A stretch of DNA of 63,624 bases, filler included, from Octopus bimaculoides (lineage: Eukaryota): assembly GCF_001194135.2 (NCBI RefSeq). It is 7 parts of 7 records of this genome, joined end to end, with 100 filler letters (N's around TTAATTAATTAA, not from the genome) between each part and the next. Parts side by side here need not be neighbours in the genome. Positions count along the whole stretch, not along the records: positions 1 to 27,041 come from NC_068987.1; positions 27,142 to 28,880 come from NC_069004.1; positions 28,981 to 51,020 come from NC_068984.1; 4 more parts are not named here. One strand, 5' to 3'. The position numbers and the translations under genes are program-made. Position 1 is the stretch's first letter; each line of letters opens with the position of its first letter. The notes below the pieces were generated by a model, which was not told the origin of the DNA, ran no database searches, and worked only from the letters and a program-made list of their open reading frames with translations. Shown piece after piece: positions 23,837-35,850 of this stretch.

Positions 23837-24964
23837 GAGGACAGAGTGAAACAATGAGAAAGAGAGAGTAGAGGAGAACGAGAGAAACATCAAAATATAT
23901 GATGTCAAGTCAGCATCGAATCAGCGGCGCCAATAGGCGGCACCAAAACAGCCGCACCACAGCGTCTCTTACTCGCACAAGTAAGTCTGACGATGAAAAA
24001 CCAGGAAAGCCGCTGCTGCTGAAAATACAAACATCATTGGCTGCATTCAAGGAAAAGTCACTGGGCTGACTGGCATAAAGTTACTTGCCATCATGCTTCA
24101 CCTTCTGATCCACAATCATACTGTTCCCCCGCCCCTGCATTTTCTGTTGCTACTATAATGGTCTTCATTCCACGGAATAGACGTTAAGCTACCTCCATTC
24201 AGGCACTTCCAACTTATTTGCCTACCCTTCTCCCCTTCTCTCCTCATTGCGCTTAGCTCTTCTTCCTCATCAGAACGACTCTTCTTACGAACCTATCGAA
24301 CACTGAATTCAACAGATCGGAATGAAGAAGCTTTAGTTTCGTTGAATTCTTAAATTACATCGCCTCAGTACGAACTATAGTTAATTAAACCGAGACATCA
24401 ATGAACGGACTGATTTGGAAATAGGCAAAAACAGTGTTTTTCATTGTATTTTCCATAAGTAGACGCAAACTACTCTACTCACCTACAGAATCTCCCCTTT
24501 CTCCTCTATCTCCTTCTCTATAGATCGAACGAATTAAACACTCCTGATGAGCCGGTAATAACCAATGAAACAAGCTGAACTTATTCTACAGCAGTGCTCG
24601 ATGAAGTGGTCAATATTAATATACTGAGATTTTACGTGGTCATTCACGTGTTCGATATAAACAACACAATGAGCATTAAGGGAGCTGAGCGAGGTAATTA
24701 AAGGCTAAAACACTAATTTCCAACAAAATATTGATGCTATAACTAGTATTCACTAAAAACATATTTCACATTAAATATTCCGACTACATCAATGAATTTA
24801 TATTGTTCTTTATCAATTTTGTCGTGTATTTTCATGAATTTTTAAAGAAAAATTATCAAAAACCAGTAACGATACAAAAGAACGACGGGATTATTGACAT
24901 TTAAGTTATGAAATTTCTTTTCACTAAATCTAAGTATCAATTTCATTTTAGAAATTTATGACAG

Positions 24965-25095
24965 CGTTGCTAAATTATCAACGATTCTGACCAGCACTCG
25001 ACCACTGTCCGCAAATACAGCAAATCTGGATTCATCAGAGAATATGACAGTGTTCCAAAATGCTGGTGACCTCACCACCATCTCACTGGCTCAAT
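24965..25095 (-). mobile_element. Tc1-family transposase fragment
   Basis: Translates FWNTVIFSDESRFAVFADSGRVLVR (first catalytic Asp, W..V.FSDES.F motif); abuts a SINE at 25111. Confidence 0.75.
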
Positions 25096-25928
25096 CTTTT
25101 CTCTACTTGAGCCGAGGCTATAGTAGAAGACACTTGCCCAAAGTGCCACGCAGTGGAACTGAACCTGGAATCATGTGGTTGGGAAGCAAACTTCTTACCA
25201 CACAGCCACACCTGCGCCTATATGTGTGTGTGTGTGTGTGTGTGTNNNNNNNNNNNNNNNNNNNNNNNNNNNNNNNNNNNNNNNNNNNNNNNNNNNNNNN
25301 NNNNNNNNNNNNNNNNNNNNNNNNNNNNNNNNNNNNNNNNNNNNNNNNNNNNNNNNNNNNNNNNNNNNNNNNNNNNNNNNNNNNNNNNNNNNNNNNNNNN
25401 NNNNNNNNNNNNNNNNNNNNNNNNNNNNNNNNNNNNNNNNNNNNNNNNNNNNNNNNNNNNNNNNNNNNNNNNNNNNNNNNNNNNNNNNNNNNNNNNNNNN
25501 NNNNNNNNNNNNNNNNNNNNNNNNNNNNNNNNNNNNNNNNNNNNNNNNNNNNNNNNNNNNNNNNNNNNNNNNNNNNNNNNNNNNNNNNNNNNNNNNNNNN
25601 NNNNNNNNNNNNNNNNNNNNNNNNNNNNNNNNNNNNNNNNNNNNNNNNNNNNNNNNNNNNNNNNNNNNNNNNNNNNNNNNNNNNNNNNNNNNNNNNNNNN
25701 NNNNNNNNNNNNNNNNNNNNNNNNNNNNNNNNNNNNNNNNNNNNNNNNNNNNNNNNNNNNNNNNNNNNNNNNNNNNNNNNNNNNNNNNNNNNNNNNNNNN
25801 NNNNNNNNNNNNNNNNNNNNNNNNNNNNNNNNNNNNNNNNNNNNNNNNNNNNNNNNNNNNNNNNNNNNNNNNNNNNNNNNNNNNNNNNNNNNNNNNNNNN
25901 NNNNNNNNNNNNNNNATGTATATGTATA

Positions 25929-25968
<40 letters not shown>

Positions 25969-27041
25969 TGTGTGTGTGTGTGTGTATGTGTGCGTATGTG
26001 TGCGTGTGTGTATCCGACATACACGTCGGGCTTCCACACAATTCTCGTCTGCCAAATTCACTCACAGGGCATTGGTTGAACCGGATCTATAGTAGATGAT
26101 AATACTCAAGATGTTCCGCAATGAGATTGAACCTGAAACCACGTGGCTTCAAAGCAATCTTCTTTACCACAGTCAGATCGGCACTTATATGGAATATTGT
26201 CTACCTTTTTTTGATTCTCCAATGTTCTATGTCCTAATGTCTGTCGGTGGACTTTGCCACTGATCATCATACTTTACCGGGTTTTCGGTAAAGTAGATTT
26301 CTGTTATATCGTGAGATTTATTTCATTAAACCAATTCCCTCATACTAACCATGGCTACGCCGTATTTCTTTCCGTCACTGCTTACCTATGATAGAGTGTC
26401 ATTCAGTTTGTAATGCGGTAGAGTACAAAGTGAGGGAGATTTAGTTGCTAGTTCAAACATTTCCAGCGACCACGTTGCTTGTCACTGCAGTTCTTTCTGG
26501 TGGTGGTGGTGTTAAGATTGTGGTAACAATGCTGTTGTAGCTGCTGATGATGATGGTGATGAAGAGGCGGAGGACGAAAATGATAATGATGACGATTATG
26601 ATTATAATGGTGATGATAATGATGAGGATGATCATGATTATGATGGTGATGAGGATGATGATGATCATGATTATGATGGTGATGATGATGATGAAGACTG
26701 TGTTGGTGGTGGTGGAGTTCCTGATAGTGAAGAAGGGATGGTGGTGTGACCATTGTTCGTTTCACAACAGTTTTTCACCTCCTACCATCTCTTTCATCAC
26801 CTTTAATTCACTTTCCATTAATCTCTCTCTCTCTCTCTTTCACTTACGCACGCACACACACACGTATACGCACACGTACACACACAGAGTTTCTCACTTT
26901 CACCCTTTCTTTTCTTTTTCGTACACCTCCCCACTCATCCCAACCTCTCCTTTCTCTCATGTGTAGCAAGAGCGTAAGAGAGTACCCTATTGTTTTTCTA
27001 AATGACTGAGGTCATGTCTCAAGTAGTTGATCGCCCTCAGT

Positions 27042-27141
27042 NNNNNNNNNNNNNNNNNNNNNNNNNNNNNNNNNNNNNNNNNNNNTTAATTAATTAANNN
27101 NNNNNNNNNNNNNNNNNNNNNNNNNNNNNNNNNNNNNNNNN
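27042..27141. other. Artificial scaffold linker (44 N + TTAATTAATTAA + 44 N); also at 28881-28980, 51021-51120, 58461-58560, 60662-60761 and 62130-62229
   Basis: Six identical 100-bp spacers; the palindromic 12-mer places stop codons in all six frames. Confidence 0.97.
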
Positions 27142-27183
<42 letters not shown>

Positions 27184-27670
27184 GAGAGAGAGAGAGAGAG
27201 AGGAAGAAGAGTAAGAAAAAGAACGACGTAGTGACCGAATTGTGAACGGAGACGTCTCTCTTCCCAGAAGTCCTGTTGGCTCAGACATACATTAGTTACT
27301 GTTGAGATATTTCTATATGCTCCATTAACTTAAACAGTATACTTTTGAAGTCTTAATATTTAAAGGTTCTTTTAAACATTTCCGGCCTGGATCGATATAG
27401 GTTTAGTTTATTATTTAGATTAAAGCCACAGAAACTGCATTGGTCTACCATACAATCATATGTGGGCATACCAATACCTGGACATCGGTAGCCATGCATA
27501 AAGGAACACACTGGATATTTTCTATCATTCTTTTTTGGAGTTTTACTTTCTCAGGTAAAAAATATTTCCTTTTTATATTCAACAACGTATTTCATTTTAA
27601 TACCTACATTATCATTCCTTGTTGATAACTGTTATTGTTGCAACTGTTTCATCAAGAGTGGGGTCTAGGG

Positions 27671-27938
27671 CAGCGGTTTTCAACAGGGACCCTTATGACC
27701 CTTGGAGGTCATATAGGATTTTGTTGTTAAAACTACTGTGCAATAAATTTGTTTCACTTCTCCTCTACACGAAATATTTCAACAATTTTTTAAAATACAA
27801 TTTCTAATAATATCTAATTATAAAACTTTAATAGGTTTTTTAAAATATCGAATGGCTACGAGGGTCCATCCGAATAAAACAGAAATCAAAGGGGTCCATT
27901 GGGGTCCATAGGGGTTCCGTAGTGGTTGAAAGTCGCTG
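27671..27938. mobile_element. hAT/Charlie-type MITE
   Basis: TIRs CAGCGGTTTTCAAC / GTTGAAAGTCGCTG (12/14 match); 8-bp flanks GTCTAGGG / CTCCAGAG near the nTCTAGRn consensus; internal GGGGTCC motifs. A related right end lies at about 5630-5667. Confidence 0.7.
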
Positions 27939-29011
27939 CTCCAGAGGCTGCTAGATATAAATGATCTAACAAAATATAGCTGTTATTGTTTATTCCTGGC
28001 CCAGGGGTAATGACCACAGCTGGTCAATGGTCAAACGTGTCCCATCACAAAAGACGTTGTCCCGTATTTTGCCTTCAGACTAAGTATATCTAGGTCTTCG
28101 TCATACAATGCATCCTTCCTTTCCAAGACAGTCAGATATGAATGGAGGAATATTTATCTGCTATTTCTAGCAGGTCGTGAGACCCTGTAAAGGGTGCCTT
28201 GTAAGTTCATCAAGGAAAAAGGTTAAACCCAGACGTCTTTTATGAGGAATTTCAAACAAAAAGTAAAGGCATAAGATAAATATTACTGCAGCGGATCTCC
28301 GTCGTTCGACGATGAGGATTCAGCTAGTCGATTAACGGAATTACCTACCCTGATTTTATGTGCTAAAGGCTGAGTATTCCATAGATATGTGTACCCTTAA
28401 GGAAATTCGCAAGCAGAACCAGAGTGACGGAGTGAGTAACAAAGCTGTATCCTTTGAATACCAGAAACAGTCCACACGATTGAAATCGATCCAGCTTCCA
28501 TTTACCGAATTACCCTGGACATTACCTTAGGCAATGTGTATGCAAAACGGACGACATGGTCATGGCTGGAACGCCTTTCATCATAGCCGACTCGGAACTC
28601 AGCAATCACATTGACTGATTTGTTGTAAGTTATAATGGTACAGGTAGTCATTGAAACTAGCAAATGATATATTTAGAATAATACATTGCCTAGAGCGTAA
28701 TGAATGCTAAGTCTACCGAGGAGTATAGGAATATTTGACATAATGTTGCTATCTATTGTTGGTGTAGTTACGTACGTACACATTTATACATATACATACA
28801 TACATATGCATACATATATGCATATATGTATGTATGTACATATATAATATATATATTTATGCATGTATATATATATATATNNNNNNNNNNNNNNNNNNNN
28901 NNNNNNNNNNNNNNNNNNNNNNNNTTAATTAATTAANNNNNNNNNNNNNNNNNNNNNNNNNNNNNNNNNNNNNNNNNNNNCCAAGTATCCGAGTTCGATT
29001 CCAGGCAGTGA

Positions 29012-29078
<67 letters not shown>

Positions 29079-29139
29079 CTCCAACAGCAAGATACGAAAA
29101 TTTCCATTTTCCGTTTTCGCCATAAAGGGTTATCTATCT

Positions 29140-30449
29140 TTTACAAGCAAGAAAATAATGTTTGTTTCTGTACTGACGTTAATGCACTCATGCAAAAACT
29201 AGGATACGTGTTGTGACTAACGAATGGAGGTTGTTTATAGACTCGAATAAGGTTAGCCTCAAAGCTGTGTTGTCACATAATGTTAATGAAAAACCTTCCA
29301 TTCCTGTGTGTCATGTTGTCAGTATGGAAGAAACTTATGAATCAATGGAACTCATTCTGAAAGGAGTTAATTACTCAGTTCAAAAGTGGAATATTTATGG
29401 TGATTTAAAGGTGATTTTGCTCCTCCTAGGACTGCAGCTGGGATATACCAAAAATATGTGCTTCTTGTGCATTTGGAACAGCTGTGATGACAGCAATCAT
29501 TACATTGTTAAAGACTGGTCTAAAAGAGATGAGCACTTAGTTGGTAGGTACAATGTGAAGCATATGCCACTGGTAGACCCACAAAAGATTTTCCTTCCAC
29601 CCTTTCACATCAAACTCGGCCTCATGAAAAACTTTGTAAAAGCAATGACACATAATGGTTGTGACTTCCAGTACCCAAAAGTAAAATTTAGTGTAGAGAA
29701 TAGTGATGCAAAACTAAAAGCAAACATTTTCATTGGACTCGAGATCAGAGAATTGATATCTAATAGCAAATTCAGAGGGAAACTGAATCCAGTTGAGTAT
29801 GGGATTCATTCGTGGTAGTTACACAGAACTGTCTTGGAAATCATTAAGTTGAAAAGTATGCTGAATTAATCAACAATATGCTAACACTGCATGAAAGAAT
29901 GGGATGCTGTATGTCCCTTAAAATGCACTTCTTGCATTCTCATCTCGATTCTTTTCGAAAGAATCTTGGTACTGTTAGTGATGAGCATGGTGAGAGGTTC
30001 CACCAGGACATATCTGAGATGGAAACGATGTACCAAGGCTGGTTCAATCCAGGCATGATGGGTGATTACTGCTGCTTCCTACAATGGGAGACCAGCATGG
30101 TGCATAAGCACAAGAGCAAGTGTTTCAAACATTTCTGAGCTGAGCATATCTAAAATAAATTGAATATTCCATTAACATAAATATACTATGTACCATTATA
30201 TTATAATACTATTTGCCTTGAACATAAATTTACTATATACGGTACTAATATACTATTATAATAATTATTTACCTTGAACTTAACTATTCCTGATTCTAAT
30301 ATAGTATTAATATATAATTATGCGCATTACTCAAAATCCTGACATGCTATAGCAATTCTGAGTTCAGATTCAGAATCAGCGTACTCAGTTTAGTTTGGTA
30401 CAGTACTATTTGTCTGGGTAGCAGACAAATCTGTTTTGGTTGCCCAGTG
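29140..30449 (+). mobile_element. Chapaev3-like (CMC/Transib-related) DNA transposon, 5'-truncated, disrupted transposase
   Basis: ORFs 29213-29818 and 29878-30138 carry EWRLFIDS..SLKAVL, GDLKV..LLGLQLGYTK.CFLC.W, LPPFHIKLGLMKNFVKA and MSLKMHFLHSHLD...VSDEHGERFHQDI; right terminus ...GGTTGCCCAGTG. Family assignment is from memory of the motifs. Confidence 0.75.
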
Positions 30450-30589
30450 ATATTTCATTATTATACTGCTGCTATTTTTATTTTAGCTTCAGAAATTTGA
30501 TACTTTCATTATATGCAGCTATATAGTGATATCATGAAAATAATAAGCACTAAGAATGTCTGGGGGTGGGGGATCCTTAGATGTAATAG

Positions 30590-31845
30590 AAAGCTTACAT
30601 TACTGGGGCAACCAAGCTAGCAGTGGAAGAGCAAGTTCTGAAAGCATAGTTACTAAAATAAAAACAGGCTGGGTAAAATTTAGATAGTTACTACTTCAGA
30701 GTGAAAAGTAGATTGTATGGTGGCTGTGTATGTACAGCTATGTCACATGGCTGTGAAACATGGGCTATGACAACAGAAAACATGTGAATGCTTGAAAGAA
30801 ATGAAGTTAGCATGCTCCACCAGACAGATAATGTCTGTGAGCATGCACAACAGAGTGCAGATGATGTAAGAAGAAAACTGGGTATAAGAGACATCAGTTG
30901 TAGTGTGCAAGAGAGAAGTCTGTGCTGGTATGGTCATGTGATACAAATGGATGAGGACAGATGCATATAGAAGTGCTGATTTCTAATTGTGGAGGAACCT
31001 CTGGAAGGGGTACTACCAAGAAAACATGGGATGACGTGATGAGAAAGGATCTTCAGATGTCAGAGATGACAAGAGATCAAAACTTCTGGCAATTTGCTGT
31101 GCTTGAGAAGACATGCCAAGCTAAGTAAGATTGTAACTATCCTCACGTACCTACCATACCCCCTCTCAGCTACTTCCTTTTCCTCTCATCATCTCTTGCT
31201 ACATATCTGCCATGTCCCACCTTCCAGCCACTCTAATTTATTTCAACATCACATGCTATCTCTGCAATCTCTTAACATCTCCCCTCACACTATTATGAAC
31301 ATGCCCCTCTATCCCCTCTGGACTTCTTATACTAGCTACTGCTGTTCCTTGTGGTAGGCTTCTTTGCTCACTCTGACTGTTTTGATCTGCAACTCTCCCC
31401 AACTTTCCTCTTTCCTTGTCCTACTGAGGTAGCCACATACCTTCTCAATAGTAAGAAGGCTACCTCTATCATACTCTAATCTCTCTACTCCATTCCCTCT
31501 CTCAGCTGAGAGGTCCTTGTATTGTGAGCATGTGGATGCTAGTGCCACGTAAGAACACCTGTTTTGATGCCACATAAAAAGTACCTGTGCTGGTGCCACA
31601 TAGTAAGCACCCATGCTGGTGTTACATATAGAGCACCCATGCTGGTGTCATATGAAAGGCACCTGTGCTGGTGCCACATAATAAGCACCCAGTACACTTT
31701 GTAAAGTGGTTGGTGTTACAAAGGGTATTCATCCATTGAGACCATGCAAAAACAGACAATTGGAGCCTGGTGCAGTTCTCTGGCTGGCCAACTCCTCCCA
31801 GCCCATGTCAGCATGGAAAATGGACATTAAATGATGAGGATGATC
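30590..31845 (+). mobile_element. Older RTE LINE 3' fragment (family of 32750-33980) including 3' UTR minisatellite
   Basis: SESIV.KIK.GW.KFR..LL...LY.GCV.TAM.HG.ETWA...ERNE..ML...WYGHV.QMDE..C; 26-bp tandem units at 31537-31691; ends in an (ATG)n tail. Confidence 0.8.
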
Positions 31846-32749
31846 TTGAGCTGGCAGAATTGTTACTGCAGTTGGTGAAAGGCTTAGTGGCTTTTCTTCT
31901 GGCTTTATGTTCTAAGTTGATATTCCGCCAAGGCTGACTTTGCCTCTCATCCTTTCAGGATCAGTAAAATGAAGTACTAATCAAGCATTAGGGTTGATGT
32001 AATTGACTAGCCTCCCTCTCCTCAAAATTTCAGGCCTTGTACCTATAGTAGAAATGATTATTTCTAATATTGTCACAAGTCCATATCTTTTGTGATTTTG
32101 GTGGAATAAGTATCAGTATTTGACTGATACTTACTGTCATCACTCTAGGAAAATGAAAGTCAAATATCTACTTCTGTTAAATTTGGACTTAAGATATTTT
32201 GTCCTGGAATACACCAGCTTTTGCCATCCATTTCTCAAGAAGGTTAGTTTAATATAACTATATAATGTATAAACGATTACTAAAAATTGTAAATTAAAAA
32301 AATTAATTAACAATTCAATATTTAATATATATTTCACCTGGAGACTAATGTATTATTTTAATGTAAATATATATAACAATGTATATAATAATGTATTATT
32401 TTAATCATCATCATCATCGTTGTTTACTGCAAATATATATAGAGTATGTTTGTTGCAGTAATAAAAATATTAGTTGTCGTTGTGTGTAGCTGAAAATGGG
32501 TAAAATAAATACATTGTGCAAATGTAAACAGATATCTATATAGACTCTGTGCTAATGAAAAAAACATAAAGAAGTGATCAGGCTGACCTGTTGTAGTTCC
32601 ATTTAAGACATCAGACACTGTGTGCCTGCCCATCCAGAAAAACGAATTTGCATAAGTATTTTGCAGATAGGTCAATTTATTAACACAGTAAGCTGTGGGT
32701 TTTGGTCAATGTAAATGTACAAAGAATATATCTGTGGTAGTAGTACAAT

Positions 32750-33980
32750 TATAGCTGGTCTTGCATGTGTAGTGAAATACACTGTGAGAGCTGTACACGC
32801 CATGTACAGGGATACTGTCAGTAAGGTGAGGGTTGGCAATGAGTTTAGTGAAGAATTCCAGGTAGAGGTAGGGGTCCACCAAAGTTGAGTCCTCAGTCCC
32901 CTCTTTTTTCATCATAGTCCTCCAGGCAATAACAGAGGAATTCAAGACAGGCTTCCTCTGGGAGCTCCTCTGTGCTGATGACCTTGCTCTCATAGCTGAA
33001 TCACTACCAGAACTAGAGAAGAAATTTCAGGCGTGGAAGCAAGATTTAGAATCGAAGGGCCTTAGAGTCAATCTAGCAGAAACCAAAGTCTTAATAAGTA
33101 GGAAGGCAGACAAATCACAAATCCCTTCAGGTAGATGACCCTGCTTGATCTGTAGAAAAGGCGTAGGTAGAAACGCAGTAAGATGTACCCAGTGTAATCT
33201 ATGGACACATAAGAGGTGCAACAATATCAAAGAAAGGATTACTGGGAAGATAGTTTTTGTGTGTGGCAAATGCACAGGGGCAATAAACACTGAAAATGTG
33301 CAGAAAACAACTTCTGTCACATGCCAGGGGAAAAAACTAGAAGTAGTTGATAGCTTCTGTTACCTATGTGACTAAGTCAGTAGTGTGGGTGGATGCTCTG
33401 AGAGCATAGCTGCTAGAATAAGAATAGCCTGGGCAAAGTTCAGACAGCTCCTACCTCTGCTGGTAACAAAGGGCCTCTCAGTCAGAGTGAAAGGTGGACT
33501 GTATGACGCATGTGTGCAAACAACCATACTACACAGCAGTGAAACATGGGCTGTGACTGCTGAGGACATGCGTAAGCTTGCGAGAAATGAAGCTAGTATG
33601 CTCTCCTGGATGTGTAATGTCAGTGTGCGTACACAACAGAGTGGTTCCGTGCCAGTAGCATACGAAAAGCACCATTCGAGTGTGGTCATTGCCAGTGCCA
33701 TCTGACTGGCTCCTGTGCTGGTGGTACAAAAAAAAGCACCATTTGAGCGTGGCTAATGCGATTACCATATAAATGGCCCTTGTGCCAGTGGAACATAAAA
33801 GGTACCCACTACGTTCCCGGAGTGGTTGGTGTTAGAAAGGGCATCTAGCTGTAGAAATCTTGCCAGATCAGATTGGAGCCCCGTGCAGTCTTCTGGCTTG
33901 CCAGTCCTCAGTCAAACTGTCCAACCTATGCCAGCATGGAAAGTGGACGTTAAACGATGATGATGGTGATAATGATGATG
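32750..33980 (+). mobile_element. RTE-clade LINE: RT with embedded PHD finger, internal deletion, 3' UTR and (ATG)n tail
   Basis: GVHQ..VLSPLFFIIVLQAI...LLCADDLAL (32971-32982, YADD-type motif), C4HC3 finger at 33142-33273, then VDSFCYL.D, AWAKFRQLLPLL and SETWA. Confidence 0.92.
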
Positions 33981-34361
33981 AATATACACAAATGTTTATG
34001 CACTAGAAACTGTATACACCTATCTTTTGTCCACAAAGAAATTGTTTATATAGTCACTACAACAAAGGACTTCATTTAACTGGAAAATCTAATTTGTATA
34101 AATAATGCTTTACAGTTTGCTGGGTCAGTTCCGTTACACCTTTACTTGTTTCAGTCATTTGAGTGTGGCCATGCTGGAGCACCACCTTTTAGTCGAGCAA
34201 ATCGACCCCAGGACTTATTCTTTGTAAGCCTAGTACTTATTCTATCGGTCTTTTTTGCCGAACTGCTAAATTACGGGGATGTAAACACACCAGCATCAGT
34301 TGTCAAGTGATGTTGGGGGAGACAAACACAGACACACAAACATACACACACACACACACAC

Positions 34362-34414
<53 letters not shown>

Positions 34415-34539
34415 TACACGACGGGCTTCTTTCAGTTTCCATCTACCAAATCCACTCACGCCCAAGGTGCCACATATCTCTCATTTATCAGATCACACAA
34501 TCACAGCATGTATTGATTGAGCTCTTTTTGTTACTCTCT

Positions 34540-35250
34540 CTTCTAACTCTGTTATACTTCAGGAGTCAGTTTTGTCCCCAATGCTCTTTGTTGTATGCAT
34601 CAATGACCTACTTGCTGTTACATCCACTCTTACTCAGATGGTATCGCCTTTTATTTCTCCTAAACTTTTTCACTCATATATTATCCACTCACGACTTAGA
34701 CAACACACATCAAACCTCCACCAGTTCCATGAACAAGGAACCTCAAAAGCATCTTCCAACTGGGATATACTATTCTTATTTTTTTATAAGCAAGCAAACA
34801 CAAATGCTATTCATATTAAGGAAACATCATAGTGCCACTCCTTTGTTAAACATGAGCAGTACACAACTAGATCCTTCACAATTACTCCAAATGATGGATC
34901 TCACTATCACCAAGGATCTCTATTAGTGAAATCGCATCCTTAACATAACTAGGATCCCTTCCCAATGATTAGCTCTTCTCTTCAGCGTCAATTACTAACC
35001 CTTTACAAGGCTTAGGCAATGATCACAGTGAAGTATTGCTCTTACATCTGAGACAATGCTCTTGTTGCTCTTGACATTGTAGACTGCATCCAGAAAAGAA
35101 ATACTTGACTGATTAGCATAAAGTCACTTAGACATGCTGCAGCCTCTGACCCACCAGTGTACTGTCTCTTCGGGATGTCTCTCCTACAGGTATTCACTTG
35201 CATTGGTTTGAGAGGAGCATTGACGACATCAATCGCAGCTGTTTTAGAGC
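34540..35250 (+). mobile_element. CR1/L2/Jockey-group LINE RT fragment, decayed
   Basis: QESVLSPMLFVVCINDLL (QGSVLSP.LF..IND motif), followed by degenerate KTQ, LTIT.DL and EYCS.I...IQKR motifs. Confidence 0.65.
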
Positions 35251-35815
35251 ACCTGCAAATGTTATGGCCATTGTTCCTTTCCCCATACCCAGCAAGTAGA
35301 AAGTAAATAAATAAAATTGTATGGCACTGTTGTATTACATTTTTTTAAATATGTATTTTTGCTAAGGTTCGTTTTTTTCAAAAACCGAAACATGTTAAAT
35401 ATCTCTGAGAAAATTATAAATTAAAATTCATTTTTTATTTATTGGCGTTTTCAAACTTCTTTTTTATAAATATATATATATATATCTTTCCTCGCTACCT
35501 AGCAGTCAATCAAAACTAAGCAGAAGCACTACTACTTGAAAACATAACTATTTTGAATACTGTTTGTTTATATGCCTGCCTGCCCGTCGTGATAGGCATT
35601 CAGAAAAAGTAACGTATCTATTTGGTTTGGCTGGCAGCATCAATTTCTGTTCGAATTGATTTCATATTCAGTGTAATGATATACGTTTATAGGCTAATTA
35701 ATGACGGGAAAATAATTTTCGTTATAAATCAATAAATAAAGAATTATTAGCAATTAAATCTTGGCTAATTTTAGCCAACCGTTAACCACAGGCACATTCA
35801 TGCTTGTTTCCATAG

Positions 35816-35850
35816 TATAAAAGCAAACATGAGAACTCTTTTGTCAGCGA
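35816..35850 (+). promoter_or_regulatory. Candidate TATA box + initiator core promoter
   Basis: TATAAAAG at 35816-35823 and TCA(+1)GC with the A at 35846 (exactly 30 nt spacing), within non-repetitive, relatively CpG-rich sequence. No transcript evidence. Confidence 0.3.

Noticed and set aside
26386-26402. Third ATG-initiated phase-2 mini-exon (MTLYH) compatible with MYRF
   Set aside because: Shows how easily such matches arise by chance, so it is not reported and confidence in the other first-exon candidates is kept low.
26448-26765. Poly-His / poly-Met ORFs
   Set aside because: Translations of an (ATG)/(GAT)-rich degenerate trinucleotide tract with no splice or homology support.
27086-27097. 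TTAATTAATTAA repeated six times at regular-looking spacers
   Set aside because: Always centred in 44+44 N and stops all six frames: an assembly linker, not a biological motif or CRISPR repeat.
31537-31691. 26-bp repeats as a possible CRISPR array
   Set aside because: Units are directly adjacent with no unique spacers, lie in a LINE 3' UTR, and there are no cas genes in this eukaryotic sequence. The same applies to 56394-56493.
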